Positions 26,534 to 36,862 are shown, counted from the stretch's first letter. The stretch is DNA of 64,000 bases from Planctomycetota bacterium (GCA_043801445.1 JAZDMB010000012.1:714-64713); one strand, 5' to 3'. Numbers and translations are program-made. The notes: generated by a model not told the origin, from the letters alone.

Positions 26534-27271
26534 ATGAAAACATTAGATTTCTTATTAACACTTGCTACATTTATCACCTTTGTAATAGCCGTATATATAT
26601 TTTCCACTGACCCAACAATTACTAAATCAATTAACTGGGCAGAAGACAGAGTTCCCCAAAACGAAGCGCTGATTAAATCGCAAACCCAAAATATTACTTC
26701 GACGGTCACCACATCACCCAATGCATTATTGAAACAGGGAAACTCTTCTCTTCCGCCAAAGGCGGATCTGCCGAAGGCACAGGGAAGCAAGGAAAAGACT
26801 GCATCCGACAATAAAGATTATCCACCTAATCCTGCATGGAAGTATATTGTTATTCACCATAGCGCCACTAAACAAGGAAATGCCCGTATCTTTGATAATT
26901 ATCATCGTAAAGAAAAAGGTATGAAAGAAGGTTTGGCTTATCATTTTGTAATTGGTAACGGAACAAAATCTAAAGACGGCGAGATTGAGATTGGCAATAG
27001 ATGGAAAAAACAAATCGCTGGTGAGCACTGCTGGAATACCAAAATGAATCAAGAATCTATTGGTATCTGCCTGGTTGGTAATTTTGATGAATCGAAACCT
27101 ACCCCAAAACAGATAGAATCACTTATCAATCTAATAAGTAATCTACAGAAACAATATCACACACCTTCGGAAATGATTTTATCACACAAAGATGTGGATA
27201 AGAAACGAACGGACTGTCCCGGTAAATATTTTCCTGCGAAGGAAATAAAATCACGCCTTAATTCCTTTTAG
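26534..27271 (+). CDS. membrane-anchored N-acetylmuramoyl-L-alanine amidase (Amidase_2/PGRP fold)
   Basis: TM helix, a linker containing a GC-rich element, then 'IVIHHSAT......YH....G..GLAYHFVIGNG....GEIE.G.RW......H......N..SIGICLVGNF......P...Q...L..L...L......I..H.D.....TDCPG..FP'. Confidence 0.88.
   Translation: MKTLDFLLTLATFITFVIAVYIFSTDPTITKSINWAEDRVPQNEALIKSQTQNITSTVTTSPNALLKQGNSSLPPKADLPKAQGSKEKTASDNKDYPPNPAWKYIVIHHSATKQGNARIFDNYHRKEKGMKEGLAYHFVIGNGTKSKDGEIEIGNRWKKQIAGEHCWNTKMNQESIGICLVGNFDESKPTPKQIESLINLISNLQKQYHTPSEMILSHKDVDKKRTDCPGKYFPAKEIKSRLNSF
26748..26810 (+). repeat. GC-rich ~62-bp element, in frame inside the amidase CDS
   Basis: CTCTTCCGCCAAAGGCGGATCTGCCGAAGGCACAGGGAAGCAAGGAAAAGACTGCATCCGACA, translated as LPPKADLPKAQGSKEKTASD. 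Confidence 0.8.
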
Positions 27272-27464
27272 ATATCGTTATAGGTTTAACCGCAGTATTA
27301 ATATCTATCTTATTTTCCCGATATAACCAACCCAATGCCTGATTAAATAATTCTTTGGATAGATGCTTAAGGTCTTTTTGAATCTTCTCTGCAGATGTAG
27401 AACCATTCTTATCCAGATACCTCCAGATTTCCCCTGCCGACTTACCGATTTCATTTTGGTACAT
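27258..27464 (-). CDS. small winged-helix (DUF2582-like) protein
   Basis: 'SAGEIWRYLDKNG..S...I.K.......LF.QALGWL.RENKI'. The ATG at 27464 has GGAGGAGG upstream. The 3' end overlaps the convergent amidase gene by 14 nt. Confidence 0.7.
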   Translation of the reverse strand: MYQNEIGKSAGEIWRYLDKNGSTSAEKIQKDLKHLSKELFNQALGWLYRENKIDINTAVKPITISKRN

Positions 27465-27587
27465 ATTATTTTCCTCCTCCCAGATATACAAACACAATAT
27501 AACTATTTTGTCAAGTAAAGTCTATTAACCCTTTTTTCTTTTTGATTTACTTGACGACTATAAGATATTATATTAGAAAAACTCCTT

Positions 27588-28304
27588 ATGAAATTAGGCG
27601 TAAATATAGACCATGTAGCGACAGTCCGTCAGGCACGTCGGACATTTGAGCCAGCGCCGGTGAGAGCTGCAGTTCTGGCAGAACTCGGTGGCGCTGACAG
27701 TATTGTTATTCATCTACGTGAAGACCGCCGACATATCCAGGACCAAGACCTAAAAATCATCAAAGAAGTAGTTACAACTAAACTTAATTTAGAGATGGGT
27801 TTGTCGGAGGAAATAATCCGGATTGCCCTTACAATCAAACCGCACCAGGTTACTATTGTCCCGGAGCGTCGTGAGGAACTTACCACCGAAGGCGGTTTAG
27901 ATTTGATTAAAGAACGTAAAAAAGCAGAATATGCTATCAAATTATTCAGAGATAATAACATTAATGTCTCGGTTTTTATTGACCCTGAACGTGAACAACT
28001 CCAGATTGCGAAATCAATAGGAACTCAAATTGTTGAATTACATACCGGTCTATACGCCAATGCTACTGATACAGAAACCAAACGAATTGCTTTAGATAAA
28101 CTTAATGAAGCGGCAGTAACAGCGCGAAACATGCACCTAGCAGTAGCAGCCGGACATGGGCTTAATTATATTAATGTCTCACCAATCATTAAAATTATGG
28201 AAATAGAGGAACTTAATATTGGCCATAGTATCATTGGCAGAGCTATTATGGTTGGTATAGAACGCGCGGTTAGAGAAATGAAAGAAATAATGCTCAGAAG
28301 ATAA
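27588..28304 (+). CDS. pdxJ: pyridoxine 5'-phosphate synthase
   Basis: 'LGVNIDHVATVRQAR...EP.PV.AA..AE.GGAD.I..HLREDRRHI.D.D' and 'VELHTG.YA'. Confidence 0.95.
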   Translation: MKLGVNIDHVATVRQARRTFEPAPVRAAVLAELGGADSIVIHLREDRRHIQDQDLKIIKEVVTTKLNLEMGLSEEIIRIALTIKPHQVTIVPERREELTTEGGLDLIKERKKAEYAIKLFRDNNINVSVFIDPEREQLQIAKSIGTQIVELHTGLYANATDTETKRIALDKLNEAAVTARNMHLAVAAGHGLNYINVSPIIKIMEIEELNIGHSIIGRAIMVGIERAVREMKEIMLRR

Positions 28305-28309
28305 TTTGA

Positions 28310-28740
28310 GAAACCACGAATGGACACTAATGAACACAAAATTATTTATAAGGAATTATCTTACAATATTATTGCATCAGCGCTGAAAGTGCATAATATT
28401 TTAGGCGCTGGTTTTCTGGAGAAAGTATACGAAAACGCTCTTATAATACAGTTTAAAAAAGCCGGCATAAAAGCAGAGCAGCAAGTTTCGCTAAAAGTGA
28501 ATTTTGAAGGTGAAATTGTTGGAGATTATTGTGCTGATATTGTAGTTGATAACAAAATAATATTAGAATTGAAGTGTGCTGAATCAATAAATTCTATCCA
28601 TAAGGCACAGATAATTAATTACCTGAAGGCAACCGGCATGAAACTTGGAATCATTATAAATTTTGCTAAGCCAAAATTAGAATATAAAAGAATTGTCTTG
28701 TAGTGTTTATTGGTGTTAATTTGTGTTTATTCGTGGTTTC
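28310..28740 (+). mobile_element. CACGAAT-type hairpin element carrying a GxxExxY ORF in its loop
   Basis: Perfect 12-bp terminal inverted repeat GAAACCACGAAT (28310-28321) / ATTCGTGGTTTC (28729-28740), with longer imperfect arms. The ORF occupies the loop. Mobility is inferred, not shown. Confidence 0.45.
28320..28703 (+). CDS. GxxExxY-family (PD-(D/E)XK-like) protein nested inside a CACGAAT-type hairpin element
   Basis: The literal motif GFLEKVY is present, with downstream 'D..V.....LELK' typical of the family. The start codon and first 7 codons lie inside the left arm of the inverted repeat 28310-28340 / 28704-28740. Confidence 0.85.
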   Translation: MDTNEHKIIYKELSYNIIASALKVHNILGAGFLEKVYENALIIQFKKAGIKAEQQVSLKVNFEGEIVGDYCADIVVDNKIILELKCAESINSIHKAQIINYLKATGMKLGIIINFAKPKLEYKRIVL

Positions 28741-28758
28741 AGTTAAAGGAATTATAAT

Positions 28759-29622
28759 ATGTTTAACGGTTGTATTACAGCTTTAGTAACACCATTTAAG
28801 AATGGTCAAGTAGATTATAAGAAGCTTCTGGAGTTGATTGATTTCCAGATAGAGAATGACGTCAGCGGTCTTGTCTTATGCGGAACAACTGGCGAGGGAT
28901 CGACATTAAATGATGCAGAAAAAGAAAAGATTTTCAGAATCAGTGTAAAACATAACCGTAAACGTATCTCTCTAATAGCCGGCACCGGAACTAATGATAC
29001 GGCTAAAACAATAAAACTGACTCAGATGGCTCAATCAACCGGAATGGATGCAGCTTTAGTAGTTACTCCATATTATAATAAACCAACGCAGGAAGGGTTG
29101 TATCTGCATTATCGGGCAATAAGTAACAAAGTCAGATTTCCGATAATCATCTATAATGTCCCGGGACGCACCGGCATTTCTATTACTCCTGAAACAGTGG
29201 CAAGGCTTGCGATAATAAAAAATATTGTCGCCATCAAAGACGCCAGCGGTGATTTAGACTATGTTTCCCGCCTAAGAAAACTATCAACAATAACCATTCT
29301 CTCTGGTGAGGATGCATTGACATTTCCTATGCTTTGTCTGGGCAGTAAAGGTGTCATTTCAGTTGTTTCAAACATTGCTCCAAAAGACGTGGTCAAAATG
29401 ATAGACGCATTTAATAACGGTCAATTAGAGATAGCCAAAGAATACCATTTAAAACTTTTCCCATTAATAAAGATACTGTTCATAGAATCAAATCCAATAC
29501 CAGTCAAAACCGCCTTGAAAATTATCGGTAAACTCAATGGAGAGATGCGGCTACCTCTTTGTCCAATAACGAAACAAAACGCTGACAAGTTACGCATTGT
29601 TCTTAAGGATTATAAATTATGA
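28759..29622 (+). CDS. dapA: 4-hydroxy-tetrahydrodipicolinate synthase
   Basis: 'TALVTPF..G.VD...L..LI.FQI...V.GLV.CGTTGE' and 'IYNVPGRTG'; active-site Lys context 'VAIKDASGD'. Confidence 0.95.
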   Translation: MFNGCITALVTPFKNGQVDYKKLLELIDFQIENDVSGLVLCGTTGEGSTLNDAEKEKIFRISVKHNRKRISLIAGTGTNDTAKTIKLTQMAQSTGMDAALVVTPYYNKPTQEGLYLHYRAISNKVRFPIIIYNVPGRTGISITPETVARLAIIKNIVAIKDASGDLDYVSRLRKLSTITILSGEDALTFPMLCLGSKGVISVVSNIAPKDVVKMIDAFNNGQLEIAKEYHLKLFPLIKILFIESNPIPVKTALKIIGKLNGEMRLPLCPITKQNADKLRIVLKDYKL

Positions 29623-30188
29623 TAAATAAAAAAAAGATTGTACAATCCATTAGATTATTTTTGGAAGGAATTGGGGAAGATCCTAATAGGAGTGGTCTTA
29701 AGGATACCCCAAACCGGATTGCCAGAATGTGCGAGGAAATCTATGCCGGACTGAATAAATCAATTTCACCAACCGAAATAATAAAACCTCTCATTTCCGA
29801 AGAACACGATGAAATAATCCTAATAAAAGACATACCATTTTATTCTATTTGCGAACATCATCTATTACCCTTTATCGGAAAGGCACACGTTGCTTATCTA
29901 CCTCAAAATGGTCGGATTAGTGGAATCAGTAAACTATCTCGAGTGGTTGATATCTTTTCCAAGATGCCTCAGGTGCAGGAAAGATTAACCGTCTCTATCG
30001 CTGAAACTATTATGAAAGCATTAAAACCCAGAGGAGTAATGGTAATCATTGAAGCAGAACATCTCTGTATGACCATGCGAGGGATAAAGAAACCCGGCTC
30101 AAGGATGACCACTTCAGTAGTACGTGGTGTTTTTAGAAATAACCCGGCTACTCGTGCAGAAACAATGAATCTAATATATAATAGTTAA
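29619..30188 (+). CDS. folE: GTP cyclohydrolase I
   Basis: 'GEDPNR.GL.DTP.R.A.M', '[18 protein letters not shown]', 'EAEHLCM.MRG'. 4-nt overlap with dapA. Confidence 0.95.
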   Translation: MINKKKIVQSIRLFLEGIGEDPNRSGLKDTPNRIARMCEEIYAGLNKSISPTEIIKPLISEEHDEIILIKDIPFYSICEHHLLPFIGKAHVAYLPQNGRISGISKLSRVVDIFSKMPQVQERLTVSIAETIMKALKPRGVMVIIEAEHLCMTMRGIKKPGSRMTTSVVRGVFRNNPATRAETMNLIYNS

Positions 30189-30211
30189 TCTTCTTTCTCT
30201 TTCCGATAACT

Positions 30212-30273
30212 TCTTCCCGCCAGAGGCGGGTCTGCCTATGGCACAGGAGAGCAATAAAAAGACTGCATCCGAT
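30212..30273 (+). repeat. GC-rich ~62-bp element, intergenic compact copy
   Basis: CTTCCCGCCAGAGGCGGGTCTGCCTATGGCACAGGAGAGCAATAAAAAGACTGCATCCGATA, between folE and the glycosyltransferase gene. Confidence 0.8.
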
Positions 30274-30348
30274 AATCTTTATTAGCGTTTCTCAACAATA
30301 GTTATAATTTTACAATATTATTAAATTTACTACAAAATATAAGTAATA

Positions 30349-31545
30349 ATGCTTTACCCACAAAATCATAAAATCAAAGTAGTTCATATAATTACCCGTT
30401 TAATTTTAGGAGGAGCGCAGGAAAATACCATCCTTACGGTTGAAGGACTACAAAAACATCCGGAATATCAAGTAATACTCATTTCCGGTCCTGCCTTAGG
30501 TCCTGAAGGAGAACTCGTTAAACGGGTAACCCAAAGCGGTGTTAAACTAATTATCATCCCTGAAATGAGACGTAATATCCATCCCATTCTGGATATAATT
30601 GCATTTATAAAACTATATCTCTTGTTATTACATCTAAAACCAAATATTGTGCATACTCACAGTGCCAAAGCCGGTATACTCGGTCGTTTTACAGCATATC
30701 TTGCCGGAGTAAGAACCATTATTCATACTCTTCACGGATTATCTTTTCATCACTACCAAAATAAAATGGTCAATTATATATATATTGCTATTGAAAAGAT
30801 TGCCTCATTAGCTACTACGCATTTTATTAGCGTAGCTAATGCGATGACCGAACAATCCCTACACGTCAAAATTGGTAATCCTCAAATGTACACCACTATC
30901 TACAGTGCCTTGGAACTGAATAAATTCATACTCAAGGAATCCCAACCGGAGTCTAAGCGAAAATTGGGATTAGAAAATAACAAGGTGGTTGGAACTATTG
31001 CAAGATTAGCACCATTGAAAGGACATAATTATATACTTCAAATAGCAACTCAAATAATTCGCGAGGTTCCTGATGTAAAATTCTTATTTGTCGGCGATGG
31101 TTCTCTAAGTGATAAAATTAAGAGTGAGGTTAAAGGACGAGGACTTGAAAAACGGTTTGTTTTCACCGGTCTGGTTAAACCTGAGGAGATTCCCTTTATA
31201 ATTCAAGCATTAGATGTTCTGGTGCATCCTTCATTACGTGAAGGATTAGCACGCACTATACCACAGTCGTTTGCCTCAGGCAAACCAGTAATTTCGTTTG
31301 ACGTTGATGGAGCTAAAGAATTAGTTATCAATTCTAAAACCGGCTTTCTGATAACACCGCCTAACTCCAATAAAAAACATAATCAGAATTCCCTGGAACA
31401 ATTAGCTAATGCAATAATTTACACACTTAAAAACCCACAGATAGCTAAAAAAATGGGCGAGGCTGGAAAAAAATTAATCACCCCTAATTTTGATGCAAAT
31501 TATATGGTAAAAAGAATTATTGAAATCTATAATAAGTATTATTAA
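30349..31545 (+). CDS. GT4-family (GT-B fold) glycosyltransferase
   Basis: 'KVVHIITRLILGGAQ' N-terminal half and the C-terminal nucleotide-sugar site 'PSLREGLARTIPQSFASGKPVISFDVDGAKELV'. Confidence 0.8.
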   Translation: MLYPQNHKIKVVHIITRLILGGAQENTILTVEGLQKHPEYQVILISGPALGPEGELVKRVTQSGVKLIIIPEMRRNIHPILDIIAFIKLYLLLLHLKPNIVHTHSAKAGILGRFTAYLAGVRTIIHTLHGLSFHHYQNKMVNYIYIAIEKIASLATTHFISVANAMTEQSLHVKIGNPQMYTTIYSALELNKFILKESQPESKRKLGLENNKVVGTIARLAPLKGHNYILQIATQIIREVPDVKFLFVGDGSLSDKIKSEVKGRGLEKRFVFTGLVKPEEIPFIIQALDVLVHPSLREGLARTIPQSFASGKPVISFDVDGAKELVINSKTGFLITPPNSNKKHNQNSLEQLANAIIYTLKNPQIAKKMGEAGKKLITPNFDANYMVKRIIEIYNKYY

Positions 31546-31608
31546 ACTATACTATTCCAAACTTCAACTTATTTAGAAGTTAACTCTTTAGAAAATGGAG
31601 GATAAAAT

Positions 31609-31821
31609 ATGCCTAATGTAATCGCGCCGATAAACGGTAAAGTCGTAAAAATAAATGTCGCTATTGGTGACACTGTAAATGAAAACCAATCACTTCTGAT
31701 ATTTGAAGCGATGAAAATGGAAATGGACCTACCCGCTCCAACAAGCGGACGCATTAAGGAAATAAAAATAAAAGAGGGTCAGCAAATAGATGTTGATACT
31801 ATTCTAATGGTTATAGAATAA
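31609..31821 (+). CDS. stand-alone biotinyl/lipoyl carrier domain protein
   Basis: 70 aa with biotinylation motif 'EAMKME' in the context '...G.V.KI.V..GD.V.....L...EAMKME..L.AP.SG.I.EI....G'. SD GGAGGA. Confidence 0.8.
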   Translation: MPNVIAPINGKVVKINVAIGDTVNENQSLLIFEAMKMEMDLPAPTSGRIKEIKIKEGQQIDVDTILMVIE

Positions 31822-32036
31822 AATCATCTGCTAAGTAATACAACATACCTCTCAATGTTTTATTATAATATTCCTACTAAAATATCATTAATATTAAGCT
31901 ACAAGATATGGTTTCGAAGCATAGACCAACTACATTTAATTATCAATACAGCCATCTCTCTTTTATGATGCTGTTTGATATCAACTATGCCCCCTACAAG
32001 TCATAAAAAAATATTATATAATTTTTATCAGAATAT

Positions 32037-32065
32037 TTGACATTCCGAACAAAATAAAATATACA
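32037..32065 (+). promoter_or_regulatory. sigma70-like promoter candidate for the rplF-led ribosomal operon
   Basis: TTGACA (32037-32042), 17-nt spacer, TATACA (32060-32065). Confidence 0.35.
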
Positions 32066-32099
32066 AATAGGTTTATTATTTAAGAAAGGGTTATAATTT

Positions 32100-32654
32100 A
32101 TGTCTCGTATCGGCAGAAGACCTATTCCTATCCCTGAAAGTATTAAAGTAAGTGTTACTAATGATAGAATAAAAGTTGAGGGACCTAAAGGAGTTTTCGA
32201 ACAAAAAATCCCTTCAACCATAAAAATAACCACGGATACAACAAAGAAACAATTACGTATAGAAACAGCATATAATTCTACTCAAGATAGAATTATGCAT
32301 GGTACAATGAGAAGCCTTATTAATAATATATTAATAGGCGTCTTGAAAGGTCACGAGAAAAAATTGGAGATTAACGGTGTTGGTTATAAGGCACAACTAC
32401 AAGATAAGAATTTACTTATTAGTTTAGGTTTTTCACATCCTGTTAAAATCCCCGTGCCAGATGGGTTAACCATTACTATCCCTAATCCAAACCTCCTTAT
32501 AATACAAGGGGTAAATAAAGAATTGGTTGGTAATTTTGCAGCCAAGATTAGAGGAATAAGAACTGCTGAACCATATAATCTTAAGGGAATTAAATATTTA
32601 GATGAGATTATCCGTCGTAAAGCAGGAAAAACATTCGTATCAGGAACAGCTTAG
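32100..32654 (+). CDS. rplF: 50S ribosomal protein L6
   Basis: 'MSRIG..PI.IP..V.V......I.V.GPKG' and position at the head of the L18-S5-L15-SecY block. Confidence 0.95.
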   Translation: MSRIGRRPIPIPESIKVSVTNDRIKVEGPKGVFEQKIPSTIKITTDTTKKQLRIETAYNSTQDRIMHGTMRSLINNILIGVLKGHEKKLEINGVGYKAQLQDKNLLISLGFSHPVKIPVPDGLTITIPNPNLLIIQGVNKELVGNFAAKIRGIRTAEPYNLKGIKYLDEIIRRKAGKTFVSGTA

Positions 32655-32665
32655 AATTAACTTAT

Positions 32666-33034
32666 ATGAGTAATCAACAAAAAAAATTAGTAAAACGTCA
32701 AAAAAGACATTGGAGAATAAGAAAAATATTAAACGGAACATCTGAACGACCTCGTTTAAGTATCTATCGCAGCCTCAAACATATTTATGCTCAAGTAATA
32801 GATGATACACAAGGCCAGACTTTATGTTCCGTTTCAACTTTATCACCAGAAATTAAAAAGAGTATTAAGGGTGGCGGGAATATTGCCGCGGCAAAAGAAG
32901 TTGGCAAAAAACTATCTGAAATGGCATTGAAGAAAAGTATTCAGAAAGTAGCTTTTGATAGAAGTTGCTTCCCTTATCACGGCCGTATTAAAGCATTAGC
33001 TGAATCAGCTAGAGAATCAGGATTGAAGTTTTAA
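32666..33034 (+). CDS. rplR: 50S ribosomal protein L18
   Basis: 'R.R.....GT.ERPRLS.YRS.KHIYAQ.IDD..G.TL' and 'FDR....YHGR.KALAE.ARE.GL.F'. Confidence 0.95.
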   Translation: MSNQQKKLVKRQKRHWRIRKILNGTSERPRLSIYRSLKHIYAQVIDDTQGQTLCSVSTLSPEIKKSIKGGGNIAAAKEVGKKLSEMALKKSIQKVAFDRSCFPYHGRIKALAESARESGLKF

Positions 33035-33052
33035 TAACACACAAAACATCCC

Positions 33053-33658
33053 GTGTTGGAGGATATGAATTTGGAAGAAAATAATAAGCAACCAGCAAAT
33101 ACAATAGATATAAAAAAAGATACCAATCAAATAGGTACCGAAATTATACCTCAAAGAAGCGGTAGTTATCAATCGGGAAAAACCCCTTCAACTAAATCCA
33201 ATGGTGAATTAGAAGAAATAGTTATCAAAATAAGACGAGTTTGCAAAGTAGTAAAAGGCGGTAAACGATTCAGTTTCTCAGCTTTAGTTGCGGTGGGTGA
33301 TCGTAACGGTAAAGTTGGCTATGGTAAAGGTAATGCTAACGAAGTACCATTTGCTGTAGAAAAAGCTGTTAAGGATGCCAAAAAAAATCTAGTGAAAGTT
33401 CCGACTAAAAACACAACCTTACCTCATCGCACATGGGGTAAATATGGAGCAACTAAAGTTATTATTAGACCCGCATGTCCTGGCACAGGAATAATTGCTG
33501 GTTCCGCAGTCAGAGCTATTTTAGAACTTATCGGTATTAAAGATGTCCTTGCAAAAGTTATGGGGAGTACAAACCCTACTAATGTTGTCAAAGCCACCTT
33601 AAATGCCCTCGGTAATATCAAATCATACCAGGCAAGAAAGTCATTGCTAGAAGGTTAA
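33053..33658 (+). CDS. rpsE: 30S ribosomal protein S5 (with ~45-aa N-terminal extension)
   Basis: 'RV.KVVKGG.RFSF.ALV.VGD.NG.VG.G.G.A.EVP.A..KA' core. Start is uncertain (GTG 33053 or ATG 33065). Confidence 0.92.
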   Translation: MLEDMNLEENNKQPANTIDIKKDTNQIGTEIIPQRSGSYQSGKTPSTKSNGELEEIVIKIRRVCKVVKGGKRFSFSALVAVGDRNGKVGYGKGNANEVPFAVEKAVKDAKKNLVKVPTKNTTLPHRTWGKYGATKVIIRPACPGTGIIAGSAVRAILELIGIKDVLAKVMGSTNPTNVVKATLNALGNIKSYQARKSLLEG

Positions 33659-33661
33659 AAT

Positions 33662-34117
33662 ATGAATCTTACTCGATTACATCAAGCAGTTAAAAGATAT
33701 CATAAAAAAGTAAAAAGAGTCGGTCGTGGTGACGGTTCAGGACACGGTGGTACTTCTGGTCGTGGTCATAAAGGACAAAAAGCCAGATCCGGTTATCATC
33801 GTAAGGGTTACTTTGAAGGCGGCCAAATGCCTCTTATTAGAAAGACACCCAAAAGAGGTTTTACAAATGTCAGATTTCAAGAAAAAATAGCCATTATTAA
33901 TCTTAGAGACCTGAACCGTTTTGAAAACGGGGAAACCATAAATTTACTAAGCCTTAAAGCAAAAGGCGTGCTTAAGGGAAATATTAATAAAATAAAAGTA
34001 TTGGCAAAAGGTGATTTGCAAAAAGGAAACCTTACTGTCGAAGCTCATTATTTTAGTCAATCCGCGATAAAAAAGATGCAGGATAAAAATTGTAAAATAG
34101 TTACATGCAAAGAATAA
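33662..34117 (+). CDS. rplO: 50S ribosomal protein L15
   Basis: '...R.GRG.GSG.G.TSGRGHKGQKARSG......FEGGQMPL.R..PKRGF'. Follows S5 directly, so there is no L30 gene. Confidence 0.95.
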   Translation: MNLTRLHQAVKRYHKKVKRVGRGDGSGHGGTSGRGHKGQKARSGYHRKGYFEGGQMPLIRKTPKRGFTNVRFQEKIAIINLRDLNRFENGETINLLSLKAKGVLKGNINKIKVLAKGDLQKGNLTVEAHYFSQSAIKKMQDKNCKIVTCKE

Positions 34118-35442
34118 AAGAAGTTATTACTAATATTTTCATGGTTGCGGAATTAAGGAAACGCATCCTTTTTACTTTCGGAATGTTAGTAGTCTTTAGA
34201 TTAGGTTATATTATCACTGTTCCGGGTATTGACAAACAAGTTCTGGCAGATTGGATGAAACAAATATCTCAAGATGCCGGCCGTCTTTATGGATTTATCA
34301 GTTTATTTTCCGGTGGTTCAGTCGCAAACCTTTCTATTTTCTCTCTTGGAATAATGCCTTACATAACAGCATCCATTATATTTTCACTACTGGTAAAAGT
34401 TATTCCTAAATTAGAAGCTCTCAGTAAAGAAGGACCTTCAGGATACCGTAAAATAAGCCAATATACAAGATTAGCAACATTACCAATTTGTATTTTCTGG
34501 TCTTACTTTACTGTTTTGCTATTACAATCACCCAGTTCTAGTATTAATGGTCAACTTTTAGTTACCAATCCAGGGTTTTGGTCATTTGGACTTATAGCAA
34601 TGCTATCACTGACTGCCGGAGCACTATTTGTAATGTGGTTAGGTGAACAAATTACAGAATTTGGAATAGGTAATGGAGCTTCCATTATTATCATGACGGG
34701 AATTATCGCTCGAATGCCTCAGGCGATAGGTGAAATGATTCAGGGAGTTAAATCGGGTTCTATTAGTTCTGACAGACCAATACTGATTTTGATAGTATAC
34801 ATTGCGGTAATTGTTGCAATTGTGTATATGACTCAAGCTCAAAGACGAATTCCCGTTCAATATTCAAAACATATTAAAGGCCAAATGTTCGGGGGACAAA
34901 GACATTTTTTACCGTTAAGAATAAATCAAGCAGGTGTAATGCCGGTTATTTTTGCTGCAACACTAATGGCATTTCCTGATATGTTGGGAAAAGTTTTCAA
35001 ATCTGATTTCCTTATACAGATGTTCAGTCGCGGTGAAAGTGGTTTTTGGTATGTTTTGTTCTATATTGGTCTTATATATTTCTTTACTTATTTCTGGACA
35101 GCTTTATACTTTAGACCAGTTGAAATGGCGGACAATCTCAAGGAATGGGGTAGTTTTGTGCCTGGTATAAGACCGGGCTTTGATACAGCTATCTATTTAG
35201 AGAAAATTATGAATAGAATCGCAATAGTAGGAGCTACATTCTTGACACTAGTCGCTCTTCTACCTAATATGGCATCATATGCATTGGGAGTAGATAGATA
35301 TGTTACATCATTTTTAGGGGGAACTGGTATTTTAATCGTAGTTGGTGTTGGTTTGGATTTAACACAAAAAATAGAATCTCAATTATTAATTAGAGAATAT
35401 GATGGTTTCTTGAAAAAAGGAAGGATAAGGGGTAGACGATAA
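34105..35442 (+). CDS. secY: preprotein translocase subunit SecY
   Basis: 10-TM protein with 'LGIMPYI.ASII..LL' and 'GGTG.LI.VGV..D' motifs, in the canonical position. Confidence 0.95.
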   Translation: MQRIKEVITNIFMVAELRKRILFTFGMLVVFRLGYIITVPGIDKQVLADWMKQISQDAGRLYGFISLFSGGSVANLSIFSLGIMPYITASIIFSLLVKVIPKLEALSKEGPSGYRKISQYTRLATLPICIFWSYFTVLLLQSPSSSINGQLLVTNPGFWSFGLIAMLSLTAGALFVMWLGEQITEFGIGNGASIIIMTGIIARMPQAIGEMIQGVKSGSISSDRPILILIVYIAVIVAIVYMTQAQRRIPVQYSKHIKGQMFGGQRHFLPLRINQAGVMPVIFAATLMAFPDMLGKVFKSDFLIQMFSRGESGFWYVLFYIGLIYFFTYFWTALYFRPVEMADNLKEWGSFVPGIRPGFDTAIYLEKIMNRIAIVGATFLTLVALLPNMASYALGVDRYVTSFLGGTGILIVVGVGLDLTQKIESQLLIREYDGFLKKGRIRGRR

Positions 35443-36093
35443 ATGATTATTGTTTTTTTAGGACCACCTGGTTCTGGTAAAGGGACACAAGTTGTACGAT
35501 TGGCAAAACAACTTAAAATGCCTTCTATCTCTACAGGTGATATGCTTCGTGAAGCTGTTAATCAATCATCTGTTCTTGGTCTTAGAGCTAAATCATTTAT
35601 GGACCAAGGCGGATTGGTACCGGATAATGATGTCATTAGTATGATCAAAGAACGTGTAACACAAAAAGATTGCGTCAACGGATTTATTCTCGATGGATTT
35701 CCACGCAATAGTACTCAAGCAAAAGCGTTAGATAAAGCAATGATAGAAATCAATAAGAAAGTAAATAAAGTGATTTACCTTGATGTTCCTCGTGAGGTAG
35801 TGCTCGATCGTAATTCTCATAGAAGAGTTTGTCGAAATTGTCGAGCCACCTTCCATTTAAAATATGCTCCACCGAAAGTCGCCGATAAATGCGATAATTG
35901 CGGCGGTGAGATTTATCAACGGAGTGACGATCAACCAGAAACGATCACAAAACGTTTTCAGATTTATTTGGAGCAAACTAACAGTCTAAAAGATTATTAT
36001 CAGGATATATTAATAAATATAGATGGCAATCGTCCAATGGAAATTATTGAACAGAGTATTAAGGAGAATTTCAAGTTAACCATCAATGATTAA
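35443..36093 (+). CDS. adk: adenylate kinase (Zn-lid type)
   Basis: P-loop 'GPPGSGKGTQ', 'GFILDGFPR', and a CxxC...CxxC lid (CRNCRATFH...CDNCGGE). Confidence 0.95.
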   Translation: MIIVFLGPPGSGKGTQVVRLAKQLKMPSISTGDMLREAVNQSSVLGLRAKSFMDQGGLVPDNDVISMIKERVTQKDCVNGFILDGFPRNSTQAKALDKAMIEINKKVNKVIYLDVPREVVLDRNSHRRVCRNCRATFHLKYAPPKVADKCDNCGGEIYQRSDDQPETITKRFQIYLEQTNSLKDYYQDILINIDGNRPMEIIEQSIKENFKLTIND

Positions 36094-36859
36094 GTATAAA
36101 TCTCCTCGCGAAATCGAATTAATACATAAGGCCGGACAAATTTTAGGAGAATCTTTAAGGTTAGTAGCTAATTCTATAAAACCTAATATAACAACAAAAT
36201 CGCTTGATGAATTAGTAGCTACCTATATTAAAGGAAAAGGAGGAATACCAGCCTTTAAGGGATATCGTGGTTACCCATCTAATATATGCGTCTCAATTAA
36301 CGAAGAAGTAGTCCATGGTATTCCCAGTAAGCGCCTTTTAAAGGAAAGCGATATTGTCAGTGTTGATATCGGGGTTTGTTATAAAAACTATTATGCTGAC
36401 GCAGCAATTACTTTACCTGTGGCTAAAATTACACGTCAAGCGCAACAACTGATTGATGTAACCAAAGAAGCTCTTGATTTAGCCATAAATAAAGTTGCTG
36501 ATGGCATAAAATTATCAGAGATATCTGCGACTATACAAAACTATGTTGAGTCAAATAATTTCTCTGTAGTAAGAGATTTAGTTGGGCATGGTATTGGTTC
36601 TTCAATACACGAAGAACCACAGATACCTAATTATGTTGACTCTAAAAGAGGAGAGGAAAATAATATTATTCTCAAAGAGGGAATGGTTTTAGCTATTGAA
36701 CCAATGGTAAACGAAGGAACTTATGAGGTTGAAACGCTCCCTAATGGTTGGACCGTAATTACACGAGACCGTAAACTGTCTGCTCATTTTGAGCATACTA
36801 TCTTAGTAGAAAAAAACGGTCGAAAAGTCTTAACTAAAATAGATGCTAATAACAACTAA
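36086..36859 (+). CDS. map: type I methionine aminopeptidase
   Basis: Metal ligands are in context ('VVHGIP', 'DIG......Y..D', 'GHGIG...HE.P', 'AIEPM', 'A.FEHT'). Confidence 0.95.
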   Translation: MIKYKSPREIELIHKAGQILGESLRLVANSIKPNITTKSLDELVATYIKGKGGIPAFKGYRGYPSNICVSINEEVVHGIPSKRLLKESDIVSVDIGVCYKNYYADAAITLPVAKITRQAQQLIDVTKEALDLAINKVADGIKLSEISATIQNYVESNNFSVVRDLVGHGIGSSIHEEPQIPNYVDSKRGEENNIILKEGMVLAIEPMVNEGTYEVETLPNGWTVITRDRKLSAHFEHTILVEKNGRKVLTKIDANNN

Positions 36860-36862
36860 GAT

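Noticed and set aside
31994-32233. ORF 31994-32233(-) overlapping the rplF start region, and ORF 31569-31754(-) opposite the biotinyl-carrier gene
   Set aside because: These are AT-rich, hydrophobic low-complexity translations. They overlap a promoter region or a confident CDS and have no RBS.
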